A stretch of DNA of 64,000 bases from Candidatus Methanomethylicia archaeon (GCA_038727515.1 JAVYVS010000002.1:224001-288000); one strand, 5' to 3'. Numbered from the stretch's first letter, positions 41,036-50,961 are shown. Made by a program: numbers and translations. The notes: generated by a model from the sequence alone, not told the origin.

Positions 41036-42265
41036 TTACTTCTTTTTTGTAGTTGAGATTAATGTTATTACGTCTCTATCTCTTAAAATGTAATCTTTTG
41101 GTAATCTTATTCCAGTTCTAACATCTATGCCATATAGTAACCCCCTAGCTAATTCGCTATGGATTTCTCTTGCTAAATCTACTAATGATGCTTTTTGTGG
41201 TAGTAGGAATGCATCTGGAAGTATATTACCCTTTTTATCAGTTAATTTTTCTGGGTCTTCTACTGGATAAACTACATTCATCTTTAATAATTTAAATACT
41301 GCTATATTCAATGATAGTTGAACACCAGTTCTAAGAAGCCTATTCATTACCGTGTGTTGTATATAGTTTAAAGCCCATTTCTGCCTGGGATTTAATTTTG
41401 ATTCATCTAATATTTCAAAGTTTTCTGTTCCAGGTATATATTTTATTAATCCCTGTTGCTCCGCTTTTCTTAGAGCTAATTCTGCTTCTGCACTACATGG
41501 AACAACTAAATGTTGCCCGAATTCTTCAACAATCTTCTTATAGTTTTCTTCTGAAATTCCAAGGTCCATTTTATTTGCTACTATTAATGTTGGTTTTGAT
41601 ATTGTTCTAAGCTCTATTGAAAATCTATTTAAGTCTTCTTCACTCCAACTACCTATCTTTTTCTCTAATAATCCAGTTTTCTCTAAACTATTGTATATCA
41701 TCTCTTTTGTAATCTTCATTCCAGAGAATACCTGATATAATGCTTCAACCATAGATGAACTCTTTGCATACTCTCTCTCTATCCTACTTATATTGGATTT
41801 CACCACTTTCTTAAACCATTCCATGAGTTCATGTTCCACCTCATAATAATCTGCTATTGGATTTCCAATTCCAGGTTCACATATTCTCCCTTCAGAATCT
41901 ATACTTCCAGAGGCATCTATTATGTGTAGTAATGCATCTGATTTCATAGCTACATCTAGAAATTGGTCTCCTAAACCTCTTCCAAGATGAGCATCCTTTA
42001 TCAATCCAGGTAGATCTATTAATTCTATTGGTATATATCTCCAACCATCAATACATTTAGAGTTTTGTGGATTATCTTTCACCTTAAATTCTCTACATAC
42101 ACATATTGTTTGAACATATGCTATTCCAACATTTGGCTTTTTTGTTGTAAATGGATATGTGGAAACCTCTGCACTTAATAGGGTAGCAGCATTAAAGAAT
42201 GTTGTTTTACCCGTATTTGTTTTACCTATTAATCCTATTTTTATCAATTTAGTTCTCCAATTCAC
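41036..42265 (-). CDS. Obg-family GTPase/ATPase, YchF/Ygr210 archaeal type, with TGS domain
   Basis: GKTNTGKTT, YPFTT, DLPGL, ANKMD, C-terminal TGS (IHSEL..G). Confidence 0.9.
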   Translation of the reverse strand: MNWRTKLIKIGLIGKTNTGKTTFFNAATLLSAEVSTYPFTTKKPNVGIAYVQTICVCREFKVKDNPQNSKCIDGWRYIPIELIDLPGLIKDAHLGRGLGDQFLDVAMKSDALLHIIDASGSIDSEGRICEPGIGNPIADYYEVEHELMEWFKKVVKSNISRIEREYAKSSSMVEALYQVFSGMKITKEMIYNSLEKTGLLEKKIGSWSEEDLNRFSIELRTISKPTLIVANKMDLGISEENYKKIVEEFGQHLVVPCSAEAELALRKAEQQGLIKYIPGTENFEILDESKLNPRQKWALNYIQHTVMNRLLRTGVQLSLNIAVFKLLKMNVVYPVEDPEKLTDKKGNILPDAFLLPQKASLVDLAREIHSELARGLLYGIDVRTGIRLPKDYILRDRDVITLISTTKKK

Positions 42266-43415
42266 CTATTTCCATAAGCCACTCTTTAAGTTTTTGGAAG
42301 GCAATTATTTTTGAAGTAGATTTTGATCCTGGAGGTCCAGGCTTTTTCATGTAAAATAAATTTACTGGGTATATAGCCCCCCTCAAATTTTTTTCAATGC
42401 ATATCTTTCCAAGTCTTACCAGATCGACTAAGAGTCCTGCTAATGCTGGACTATCATTCATTCTAACATTAATATAAATTTCATCCTTCAAGTTATTGAA
42501 TGTGTAATACTCTATATGCATAGATACAAATTTTCTATCACCAAGAGGTTCTAGATATCCCGTTGGCTTTATATAGTGTGGTGCATTATACCCAAGTATA
42601 TCTTCTATCATACTACTCTTGGTATTCTCTTTCATTATATTCTTCTCAGGTATAGTTAATGATAAGAAATCTAAATTTCCAGCTATATTGAATTGAACTA
42701 TAAACTCTACTTTCCTATTCCTAGTTGCAAGATGTTCAAGTAAATCTGCGGTGAGTGGGGTTGCTCCAGTAGCTCCATCATCTCCGAAGAGTACTAAATT
42801 ATGTTCCTCATATAATTTAACCATATTTTCATCATTGGCTATGGGTGAGGGTATACAATTTATGAATGCAACTTTACATCCAGTTTCTTCCTCATATTTG
42901 GCTAAAGTGTACGCATAAATTTGTGATGCCGCAAATCTATTTACATTGTTTTTAGCAATTTCTTCTTCTATTTCTTCTACACTCTTAAATGTTGTTGCAA
43001 TTTCTGTTGTTATAACGTTTATTATTACGTCGACCTTCATTTCCTTCCATTGATCTATGAGTGTATCTATTGCTTCCATTAGAGTTAATTTTCTCTCTAA
43101 TCCTAAAGTTTCGTTTACAACTCCATTTAAACTTTTTAAGTGAATTCCCTCCATAATCTCTATATTCTTTAATTTTTCTGGTATTGGTAGTATATCTCCA
43201 ATTTCTCTTTTTGCAACTTCATATACTGTTTTACCAACTTTTCTTGCGTCTACATCATATGAGCCAACTATTTCTATTTCTTCTATCCTTTTTCCTAATT
43301 TATAATTTGCTAATGGGATTCCATATGGTGGTATTTCTCCAGCTTTTATCCTTTCTAAGCCTACGGCGAAATGATTCGCAACCATCCCCTGCCCAAGTAT
43401 CACTGTCCTTATCAT
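42249..43415 (-). CDS. ino1: myo-inositol-1-phosphate synthase
   Basis: GQGMVA, YDVD.RKVGK, GDDGATGATP, QFNIAGNLDF, LGDRK, NDSPALAG. Confidence 0.92.
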   Translation of the reverse strand: MIRTVILGQGMVANHFAVGLERIKAGEIPPYGIPLANYKLGKRIEEIEIVGSYDVDARKVGKTVYEVAKREIGDILPIPEKLKNIEIMEGIHLKSLNGVVNETLGLERKLTLMEAIDTLIDQWKEMKVDVIINVITTEIATTFKSVEEIEEEIAKNNVNRFAASQIYAYTLAKYEEETGCKVAFINCIPSPIANDENMVKLYEEHNLVLFGDDGATGATPLTADLLEHLATRNRKVEFIVQFNIAGNLDFLSLTIPEKNIMKENTKSSMIEDILGYNAPHYIKPTGYLEPLGDRKFVSMHIEYYTFNNLKDEIYINVRMNDSPALAGLLVDLVRLGKICIEKNLRGAIYPVNLFYMKKPGPPGSKSTSKIIAFQKLKEWLMEIGELEN

Positions 43416-43448
43416 TATAATCCACTTATCACCTCCTAATATGCCATC

Positions 43449-44099
43449 TTAGTCTTTTAAATATTTCTCGCCATAAATATTATTTAGAAGTTCATATAAT
43501 TTTATGGTTATTGTTGATGTTGCTATTATCTTTTCAAGGTCTTCTATACTCTTCCTCATATCATCCAATTTCTTCCTTAATCCAGGTACTAGCGATCTCG
43601 GGTATTCTAATGCTTCCAATGATTGGAATATTTGATTTATTATTTTCATTTTTTCTTTTGCATTTTCAATTTCAGCATTTATTAAGTTTGATATAACTTT
43701 CCTTTTTAATTCTCCCATTAAGTCTGCTAATCCAAGGATGTATGCTCTTTCTGTAACTTTTAAATAATCCATTTTTGGTATTTCTCCTTTCTCCTCTAAA
43801 TCTATTAGTGCTTTTGCTTCAACATATTCTTGAAGCATTGTATTATATACTTCACTTAGGTCATCCATATAGTTGGTTATGCCCTCCATAATCTCCTTAA
43901 TTATTCCTTCAGCCAATAATATTCTTTCATTGGCTTCCCTCATTTTATTTTGTTGTACTAGGGATATTGCTTCACCACAAAATCTCTGAGCTTCCCTAAT
44001 TTTCAAGTAAAATTTTTCTTTTGTTTCATATTTTTCATAAAGTTTTTTCCTTATATTTTCTATTTCCTCAATTAATTTATCCATTTTAATTCCATTCAT
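43449..44099 (-). CDS. Translin/TRAX (C3PO) family protein
   Basis: QEYVEA, YILGLADLMGELKR, LRKKLD..R. Confidence 0.88.
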   Translation of the reverse strand: MNGIKMDKLIEEIENIRKKLYEKYETKEKFYLKIREAQRFCGEAISLVQQNKMREANERILLAEGIIKEIMEGITNYMDDLSEVYNTMLQEYVEAKALIDLEEKGEIPKMDYLKVTERAYILGLADLMGELKRKVISNLINAEIENAKEKMKIINQIFQSLEALEYPRSLVPGLRKKLDDMRKSIEDLEKIIATSTITIKLYELLNNIYGEKYLKD

Positions 44100-44104
44100 T
44101 TACG

Positions 44105-44635
44105 TCACCTTAAAAATATCCCTATCTCTTTAAGTTCTTTATCTTGCTTTTCAATTAAAATCTCTTCTATTCTTTTCATTAATTCTCTATCTATTATGTT
44201 AATTATTTTCATTAATTGTTTTATTTCATCTAAGTTGTCAACTGGAATTTCAAATGTTACAGCATTGTAATCTTTGTCTTCTATAAATCCCTTCTCTGCC
44301 ACAGACATATATATGTCTTTGAAATCTTCCACTTCCGTTAAACTTATTAATATATTCCCCTTATCTCCAATGGCTTCTACAAATCTTTTAATTTCTTGAT
44401 TTGATGGTAGTATTACGACTTTTATATTTTCCATAACCCTATATTGCTTTAAAGATACTTCAATTATTATCAATGGAGCTTTCACTAGCGTTTTTACATA
44501 TCCTTCACTCTTCAATCTTGGTTTGAAAATCTTATTTGTGTAAAGTATCATGTATGGAGTTCCATCTTCATATATGCCATAAACATATATCGTCCTAAAT
44601 TGTTCAATAATAGTCTTATATTCTTCAATTTCCAA
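44105..44635 (-). CDS. Hypothetical protein
   Basis: Gap-filling ORF, first gene of the translin-ino1-GTPase run; no motif recognised. Confidence 0.65.
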   Translation of the reverse strand: MEIEEYKTIIEQFRTIYVYGIYEDGTPYMILYTNKIFKPRLKSEGYVKTLVKAPLIIIEVSLKQYRVMENIKVVILPSNQEIKRFVEAIGDKGNILISLTEVEDFKDIYMSVAEKGFIEDKDYNAVTFEIPVDNLDEIKQLMKIINIIDRELMKRIEEILIEKQDKELKEIGIFLR

Positions 44636-44695
44636 TTTAACTTCACATCCAATAGTTTTATTAAAGTCATATATCTATGTTTTTTGGGGGTCTGT

Positions 44696-45967
44696 TTGAG
44701 TAGCTCATTGATAAATTACCCGAAGGATACTATTATATCCTTTAGTCAAGATGAAGAGATGTTTAGAAATGTTGTAAGGGAATTTTGTGAGAGATATATC
44801 TCTCCAGTATGGATTAAAGTTGATGAAGCTTGTGAAAAGGATCCAATGAATATTCCACTAGATCTATATGCTAAAATTGGTGAACAAGGTTTGTATGCTA
44901 TCCCATGTAGTTCAAAGTTTGGGGGTCAAGATGGAACTTATACTATGGCTACCATAGCTATCGAAGAGATTTCATATGCTGATCCATCTGTGGCAATAGC
45001 TGTTTACACACTTTTAAATAATGGTTGGCCATTTGCGTTACAATTGTTTGGGAGTGAAGATGTTTGTCAAGAAATTATACCTAGAGTTGCTAAGGGAGAA
45101 GCCTTTTTTGGGATAGCTACAACTGAACCTCAAGGTGGATCTGATATTGCTGGTATAAAGACTACTGCTAAGAGGGATGGTTCGAAATATATTTTCAATG
45201 GTGAGAAGTCTTACATCAGTGGTGTAGGTGAAGTTCAAAAACTTCCATGGGGTGGAGGATGGTTTTTAGTAGCTAGAACTGGACCTGCTGGACATAGAGG
45301 TTTATCTGCATTTGCATTTTTAGCTAGAAAGAATGGGAAATTAAGTGAAGGCTTTAATCCAACAATATACCATGATATTGGGCGTCATGGACTTACCACT
45401 GGAGGATTCATACTAGAAAATTTCGAGCTGGATGCAAAATACCTATTGGGAGAAGAGAACAAAGGATTCTATCATGTTATGGAGGGATTTAACCTAGCTA
45501 GAATACTTGTTTCAGCAGCATGTTTAGGAGCTATGAAATGGCTTTTAGAAAAAGCTGCTGAATGGTTTAAACAGAGAAAGCTATTTGAAGGTAGATATAT
45601 ATCATCATTTCAAGGCGTAAGCTTCCCCTTTGCAGAATTATACGCTAAATATGAAGCTTCAAGATACTTCGTATATAGAGCAGCAAGATTAGCAGATAAG
45701 ATCTATATTGAGAGGGATCCGACATTAAATCCAAGGGATTTAAATGTTCCAGTGGCATTGGCGAAGATGTGGGCTCCATTAACCGTAGCTGAATTAGCTG
45801 AAGAAGTTATGAAATGGTATGGTGCATTTGCATATACAAAGGAATGCCCAATATATAGAGCATGGCTTGGAACGTTTTCCTATGCCATAGGAGCTGAGGG
45901 AGCACAAAACATAATGAAATACATAATCGCAAGAGATCTCCTTGGAAGCGAATATGTGAGAGCATAG
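44696..45967 (+). CDS. Acyl-CoA dehydrogenase
   Basis: ATTEPQGGSD, FNGEKSYIS, LLGEENKGF, F..ARI, FQGV.F, IGAEGAQNI. Start moved to TTG 44696. Confidence 0.92.
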   Translation: MSSSLINYPKDTIISFSQDEEMFRNVVREFCERYISPVWIKVDEACEKDPMNIPLDLYAKIGEQGLYAIPCSSKFGGQDGTYTMATIAIEEISYADPSVAIAVYTLLNNGWPFALQLFGSEDVCQEIIPRVAKGEAFFGIATTEPQGGSDIAGIKTTAKRDGSKYIFNGEKSYISGVGEVQKLPWGGGWFLVARTGPAGHRGLSAFAFLARKNGKLSEGFNPTIYHDIGRHGLTTGGFILENFELDAKYLLGEENKGFYHVMEGFNLARILVSAACLGAMKWLLEKAAEWFKQRKLFEGRYISSFQGVSFPFAELYAKYEASRYFVYRAARLADKIYIERDPTLNPRDLNVPVALAKMWAPLTVAELAEEVMKWYGAFAYTKECPIYRAWLGTFSYAIGAEGAQNIMKYIIARDLLGSEYVRA

Positions 45968-46039
45968 TTTTCACATAGGTTCAAACAAAATTATTTTCAT
46001 TTTTATATATTTTTAAATATACTTATTAAAAAATGTTAC

Positions 46040-46054
46040 AAAAACTTTTTAAAT
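46040..46054 (+). promoter_or_regulatory. Putative archaeal BRE/TATA promoter of the first membrane module
   Basis: AAAAACTTTTTAAAT about 65-80 nt upstream of ATG 46118; strong SD AAGGAGG at 46104-46110. Confidence 0.5.
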
Positions 46055-46117
46055 CCCATACACAAATACTACTATTAGCACTCCAAAAAAACTAAAATTA
46101 ATTAAGGAGGAACTTAA

Positions 46118-46918
46118 ATGAACCAACTATTTGTAGAGCAAATACTATTTACGGGTCGTGGAAGCAGTTTAGTTATACTAATACTACTGATAGCATTCTT
46201 CTTCATAGGGCTACAGCTTGCAAAGATGGGTAGACCCCCCAAAATGAGGCGTTTACCAGCTTTAGATGCTATTGATGAAGCTATTGGTAGATGTGCAGAA
46301 ATGGGCAAACCAGCACTATTCACACCAGGACTTACTGGAGATTTATATACTGAGCAAGGTCCTCAAATGGTTTCATCAATAACTATTTTAAGTTATATTG
46401 CTGAAGGATGCGCAAAATACGATGTTCCATTAATCATTGATATGTGTGCAGGTGATGCAATACCACTCATGGATGAAACTCTTAGACTTGCATATTTAAA
46501 GCAAGGTAAACCCGAGAAGTATGATCCCAAAATGATAAACTATTATCCAGGACAGTCTCCAATGGTAACTGGAATACTTGGACATTTACAGCGTCTACGC
46601 CCAGCAGCATTCTTCATGCTTGGAGGATTATATTATGAGAGTGTTGTGATAGGTGAAGCTGCAAATATGGTTGGATCTATGAACATTGGAGGTACAGTAA
46701 ATACCCACCAATTACCATTCATTATAGCAACTTGTGATTATGTATTGATTGGTGAAGAGTTCTATGCTGCAAGCACATACTTATCAAAAGATCCATATCA
46801 AATTGCAACGATAGCTGGTGAAGACTGGATAAAATTCATTTTAATAGCATTGTCTTTGCTAGGATTCATACTAGAACCACTAGGTATTAAAGTGATAAGT
46901 AATTTCTTGAGGTGGTGA
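46118..46918 (+). CDS. DUF6754-like membrane-anchored protein (module A, gene 1)
   Basis: N-terminal TM, RRLPALDAIDEAIGRCAEMGKP, GPQ, GTVNTHQLPF, DYVLIGEEFYAA..YLSKDP, C-terminal TM. Family name is from recall. Confidence 0.75.
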   Translation: MNQLFVEQILFTGRGSSLVILILLIAFFFIGLQLAKMGRPPKMRRLPALDAIDEAIGRCAEMGKPALFTPGLTGDLYTEQGPQMVSSITILSYIAEGCAKYDVPLIIDMCAGDAIPLMDETLRLAYLKQGKPEKYDPKMINYYPGQSPMVTGILGHLQRLRPAAFFMLGGLYYESVVIGEAANMVGSMNIGGTVNTHQLPFIIATCDYVLIGEEFYAASTYLSKDPYQIATIAGEDWIKFILIALSLLGFILEPLGIKVISNFLRW

Positions 46919-47586
46919 TGGTTATGGGTATGTCAGTTTTAAGAAGACCTGAAGTATTCATGTTTATTTCTGGTTTAGTTATGGGTTTAACCCTTTTTGG
47001 TTACTTCTTTAATGTACCACCAGTAATAGATACTGTAAATTGGCTTCAGACATTTGCAGTTCATATAAGTTATTTCGCTACATGGCTTGGATTCTTAACT
47101 GCTGCAAGAATTCACATAACCAATATTCAACGTAAAACTCCTGGCATATGGTATTTCAGCATAATAATGTTTATATTTGCACTTGTCCCATTCTTTGCAG
47201 CTTTACCAGAAATAACAAAACCATCTGTTACCACAATGATATATACGTGGCCCTTCAATTGGGTTTATACACCATTAGGTGCAGCGCTATACGCAACAAC
47301 TGGATTCTACATATTCTCAGCAGCTTACAGAGCATTTAGAGCTAGAAGTTTTGAAGCAGCAGTATTACTGATTGCTGGTTGTCTCGTTATGCTTGGTAAT
47401 GCACCAATAGGTGAACTTATTTGGAGTCAAATACCTACAATTAATGAATGGCTTCAATTAACTGGACAAACTCCTGCTATGCGTGCTTTAAATATTACTG
47501 CAGCTCTAGGTGTAGTTTACTTTGGATTAAGAGTTGTACTTGGTGCTGAGAAGAGGGTGATCACACTTGGTGCTGGAGGTGGATAG
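46912..47586 (+). CDS. Multi-pass membrane protein (module A, gene 2)
   Basis: About 6 TM; FYIFSAAYRAFRARSFEA, GNAPIG; paralog of 62757..63410. Confidence 0.85.
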   Translation: MVMVMGMSVLRRPEVFMFISGLVMGLTLFGYFFNVPPVIDTVNWLQTFAVHISYFATWLGFLTAARIHITNIQRKTPGIWYFSIIMFIFALVPFFAALPEITKPSVTTMIYTWPFNWVYTPLGAALYATTGFYIFSAAYRAFRARSFEAAVLLIAGCLVMLGNAPIGELIWSQIPTINEWLQLTGQTPAMRALNITAALGVVYFGLRVVLGAEKRVITLGAGGG

Positions 47587-47588
47587 AA

Positions 47589-48455
47589 ATGGGTGAATCT
47601 CAATCCATATGGGTAAAGCTGGGTGCTGTAGATAAACGTATACTATATTGGATATTATTTATATCATTGGCAATACCATACATACGTCCAATAGGATTGC
47701 CAGTATCAATTGCTGAAACGAGCTATGCTTTATACAATTTCATAGAAAAACTAGGTCCAAATGATGTTGCAGTTATGGCAATAGAATTTGGTGTTAGCGC
47801 TTGGTCTGAATGTTTACCTGGATTTGTAGCGGTTTCAAAGCATTTAGTGATGCGTGGTGTTAAGATAATATACTGGTGTGTTGGCTATACCGATTGTGAC
47901 TTAACTATGGAGGCTGTTAAAGCTAGAATTCCACAGCTTAAGGGTCCCGGCGAACCTGCAGGTCCCGGAGATTATAAGTATGGTGTTGATTGGGTTTATA
48001 TGGGTTATATTGCTGGTGGTGAAACTACTGTGGCTCAATTGGCTGATGATATACGTCAAGTTCTTAGAGCTGATAAATATGGTACTCCAATAGATCAAAT
48101 ACCATTATTCCAAAATGTTAGGAATGCAAATGATATTAAGATTGTTATAGATTCTACAACTGGAGATTATGGTGATTACTATGTTAGGCAGTGGAGGATT
48201 CGATATGGAACTGCTGTTGCTGAAATAGGTATAGCTATGAACTATTCAACGTTCATGGCATACTATCAAGCTGGATTAGCTGTAGGTGCATTGAAAGGTA
48301 TTAGAGGAGCTGCTGAATATGAGAAGTTAATAGGACAATTAGGTGAAGCAACAACAAGTTTAGATGCACTTAATGTTTCACATCTACTTGTAATAATCGC
48401 AATTATAATGGCTAATTTAAGTTATGTAATGACTAGACGTAGAGGTGGTGGGTGA
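47589..48455 (+). CDS. Membrane-anchored alpha/beta-domain protein (module A, gene 3)
   Basis: N- and C-terminal TM; PIGLPVSI, KYGVDWV.MGY..GGET, GIRGAAEYE; paralog of 63413..>64000. Confidence 0.85.
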   Translation: MGESQSIWVKLGAVDKRILYWILFISLAIPYIRPIGLPVSIAETSYALYNFIEKLGPNDVAVMAIEFGVSAWSECLPGFVAVSKHLVMRGVKIIYWCVGYTDCDLTMEAVKARIPQLKGPGEPAGPGDYKYGVDWVYMGYIAGGETTVAQLADDIRQVLRADKYGTPIDQIPLFQNVRNANDIKIVIDSTTGDYGDYYVRQWRIRYGTAVAEIGIAMNYSTFMAYYQAGLAVGALKGIRGAAEYEKLIGQLGEATTSLDALNVSHLLVIIAIIMANLSYVMTRRRGGG

Positions 48456-49096
48456 TGCCCTATCCAACAAATCCCGCTGATATAATTGGAGCTTGGGTTG
48501 GAGCATTCCTAACTTTAGCCATTTATAGCTATATCCTTTACAAAGAAACAAGAGTGTATAGGTTAGCTGAGTACATATATATTGGTATAGCCTTTGCTGT
48601 TTCATTAACTATCTCCGTTCAGCAGATTTGGAATCAAATAATAGTGCGTATACTTGGTGGCCAATACATTTACATTATTGGTGTAATATTGGGGTTAATG
48701 CTATTAACACTACCATTCAAAAGTATACGTTGGATAAGCAGGTATCCAGTAATCTTCCTAATGGGATTAGGATTCGGCGTTACCATTAGAGGTGCACTTA
48801 CCGCCAATATTGTTGGTCAGATAAGAGGTTCAATAACTCCACCTGGAGCTACTGCTACGATTCTTGATTGGTTTAACTTTGCATGGATATGCCTTGGAAC
48901 GTTACTCATAATATCATATTTCACATTTACAGTTGAACACACTGGATGGTATTATTACCCAACGAAACTTGGCAGATATATACTGTTACTTGGTTTAGGC
49001 GCATACTATGGTAATACTGTGCAATTCAGAATGACCATGCTTGCAGGCAGAGTTCAATTCTTATTACAAGTGTTCAAAATAATTCCATGGCCGTAA
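48452..49096 (+). CDS. Multi-pass membrane protein (module A, gene 4)
   Basis: About 5-6 TM; TLAIYS.ILYKE, AEYIYIG, YFTFT, GAYYGNTV..RM..L.GR. Confidence 0.85.
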   Translation: MMPYPTNPADIIGAWVGAFLTLAIYSYILYKETRVYRLAEYIYIGIAFAVSLTISVQQIWNQIIVRILGGQYIYIIGVILGLMLLTLPFKSIRWISRYPVIFLMGLGFGVTIRGALTANIVGQIRGSITPPGATATILDWFNFAWICLGTLLIISYFTFTVEHTGWYYYPTKLGRYILLLGLGAYYGNTVQFRMTMLAGRVQFLLQVFKIIPWP

Positions 49097-49157
49097 AAGG
49101 ATAATTAAATTTAATTTCTATTTTTTATAGTTAATTTAACATATTTGGTATTTCATA

Positions 49158-49862
49158 TTGATTTACTGTATGTTGAATGTTGATGTAGTTTTGGATTTCG
49201 AGGATATACCTAAATTTACATGTGGAGGTTATGCTGTTGCAGTTATAGATGTTTTAAGAGCTTCAAGTACTATAGCTACTGCTTTATTTAATGGTGCATT
49301 GAAAGTTTATGTTTTTAGGGAGATTGAAGATGCAGTAAATTTCTCTAAACATAAATCTAACTGTATTTTGGCTGGTGAACGTGGAGGCTTAAGAATAAAA
49401 GGTTTTCAATTGGGTAATTCTCCCTTGGAATTTTCTAAGGAAATGGTTTATGGAAAGTATATATCTTTTACGAGTAGTAATTGTGCGAAGGTTGTTGAAG
49501 CTGCTAGGAATGTTAAGCATATGATCCTGGCATGTTTCATAAATCTTTCTTCTGCTGCAAATTACCTTAAACATTTACATTCAGAATATGGTTTAAATAT
49601 TGCTTTGATTTGTGCAGGTCGCTATGGATATCCGAGTTCTGAAGATATTTTTTGTGCTGAAATTTTGAGGGATATTATCATTGGATTATTGGATAAGCCA
49701 CCAGCAAAATGTTTTTCAAACTTCTTAAAACATACTTCCGCTGGTAGAAACCTAATTAAACTTGGATTTATCAATGATGTGGAGTATTGTGGCATTGTGG
49801 ATTTAATTGATATAATTCCTGTTTGGGATGGTGATGGATTTATTGGTGTTAGATTAAGTTAA
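49158..49862 (+). CDS. comB: 2-phosphosulfolactate phosphatase
   Basis: VIDVLRASSTI, LAGERGG, LGNSPLE, TSSNC, ICAG, SSED..CA. Confidence 0.9.
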   Translation: MIYCMLNVDVVLDFEDIPKFTCGGYAVAVIDVLRASSTIATALFNGALKVYVFREIEDAVNFSKHKSNCILAGERGGLRIKGFQLGNSPLEFSKEMVYGKYISFTSSNCAKVVEAARNVKHMILACFINLSSAANYLKHLHSEYGLNIALICAGRYGYPSSEDIFCAEILRDIIIGLLDKPPAKCFSNFLKHTSAGRNLIKLGFINDVEYCGIVDLIDIIPVWDGDGFIGVRLS

Positions 49863-49968
49863 ACTTTACCTTTTACTAAATAGTTCTATGGTTTTCATTT
49901 CAATACAATTATAATTTAAACCGTAAATCTCATATTTATGTTGATCTTATATTGTTGGGGGACTGAAT

Positions 49969-50391
49969 TTGAATTTCAACATTATTTTGTTGAGGTTTAT
50001 ATACCTCTTCATCATAAGTTTAATAGTTAAACAGATTTCTTTTCAATTCTTTCTTGGTAAGTTTGCCAGAAACCTTAAATTTATTCTGATAGTATCCCTT
50101 GTTTCTTTTATTTCATCAGTAGTATTCTACTCCATAATTTACCTATCACATAGCTATTTGAGTAGCTTTTTGATTACTATATACTTTTCCAGTGTATTCC
50201 TGTATTTATGCTTATTTATCGCTATGTTTATAGGTTTAAATCTAATTGTTGAATTCCCATTATACACCTATGTTTTTGTTAGAGGTAAATTTAGTGGAGG
50301 AGAAATTTTTAGTTTATTATTAATGGTGAATATGTTTTCATATTTATTTGCATATCTCTTTGGTTTTGTAGATCCATTATCTTGGATGTAG
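49969..50391 (+). CDS. Hypothetical membrane protein (about 4 TM)
   Basis: Hydrophobic gap-filling ORF between comB and hdrC. Confidence 0.6.
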   Translation: MNFNIILLRFIYLFIISLIVKQISFQFFLGKFARNLKFILIVSLVSFISSVVFYSIIYLSHSYLSSFLITIYFSSVFLYLCLFIAMFIGLNLIVEFPLYTYVFVRGKFSGGEIFSLLLMVNMFSYLFAYLFGFVDPLSWM

Positions 50392-50430
50392 CTATGAATC
50401 AACCTTAAATATTTTATTTATCATTTTCTT

Positions 50431-50961
50431 TTGGTGTTATATTTGTGGTCTGATGTGACTACGTTAAGTGAGAAATTTGATGGTAGCCTTAAAGAGAAAG
50501 TTACTCGTTTTCCATCAATATTAAATCCTTCTTCCTGTTTTCAATGTGGTAAATGTACTAGTGGATGTACAATTATGGTTTTAATGGAAAACTTTCCACA
50601 TAGAGTTGTTGATATGGTTAAATTAGGGTTAATCTCTGAACTTCTTAGATCTGATGTTATATGGGCTTGTACTCAGTGTCAGAAATGTAGAGATGCATGT
50701 CCACAAAATGTTAATCCTTCTGAAATCTTTATTGTTTTAAGAAATATGAGTATAATTGAAGGTGGAAGTGTTCCAGAAGCTTATATGAATATGCTTTCAA
50801 AAGTTTTAGAGTCTGGTTATATTCAGGATGCGATAAGTGTAATCGGATCTGATGGTTTAATATATGATCGTTCAAAACTTGGTTTAGTAAATCTTAAGGG
50901 TCCTAGAGATATGAGTATCTTCCAAAATAATTGTATGGAAGCTTTTCAAAGGAGTGTTTAA
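50431..50961 (+). CDS. hdrC: Heterodisulfide reductase subunit C-like
   Basis: CFQCGKCTSGC and IWACTQCQKCRDACPQ; coupled to hdrB. Confidence 0.9.
   Translation: MVLYLWSDVTTLSEKFDGSLKEKVTRFPSILNPSSCFQCGKCTSGCTIMVLMENFPHRVVDMVKLGLISELLRSDVIWACTQCQKCRDACPQNVNPSEIFIVLRNMSIIEGGSVPEAYMNMLSKVLESGYIQDAISVIGSDGLIYDRSKLGLVNLKGPRDMSIFQNNCMEAFQRSV

Noticed and set aside
44600-44695. N-terminal extension of the acyl-CoA dehydrogenase
   Set aside because: Overlaps the divergent gene and promoter; a TTG at 44696 preceded by GGGGG is more plausible.
47560-48455. C-terminal Gly-Gly-Gly tails on module genes as ubiquitin-like or sorting signals
   Set aside because: Explained by GGAGGTGG/GAGGTGG Shine-Dalgarno sequences for the next gene embedded in the last codons.
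46912-49096. Module genes 2 and 4 as RnfA/E or NqrD/E homologs
   Set aside because: Similar size and TM count only; the conserved Cys motifs and the other Rnf/Nqr subunits are absent.
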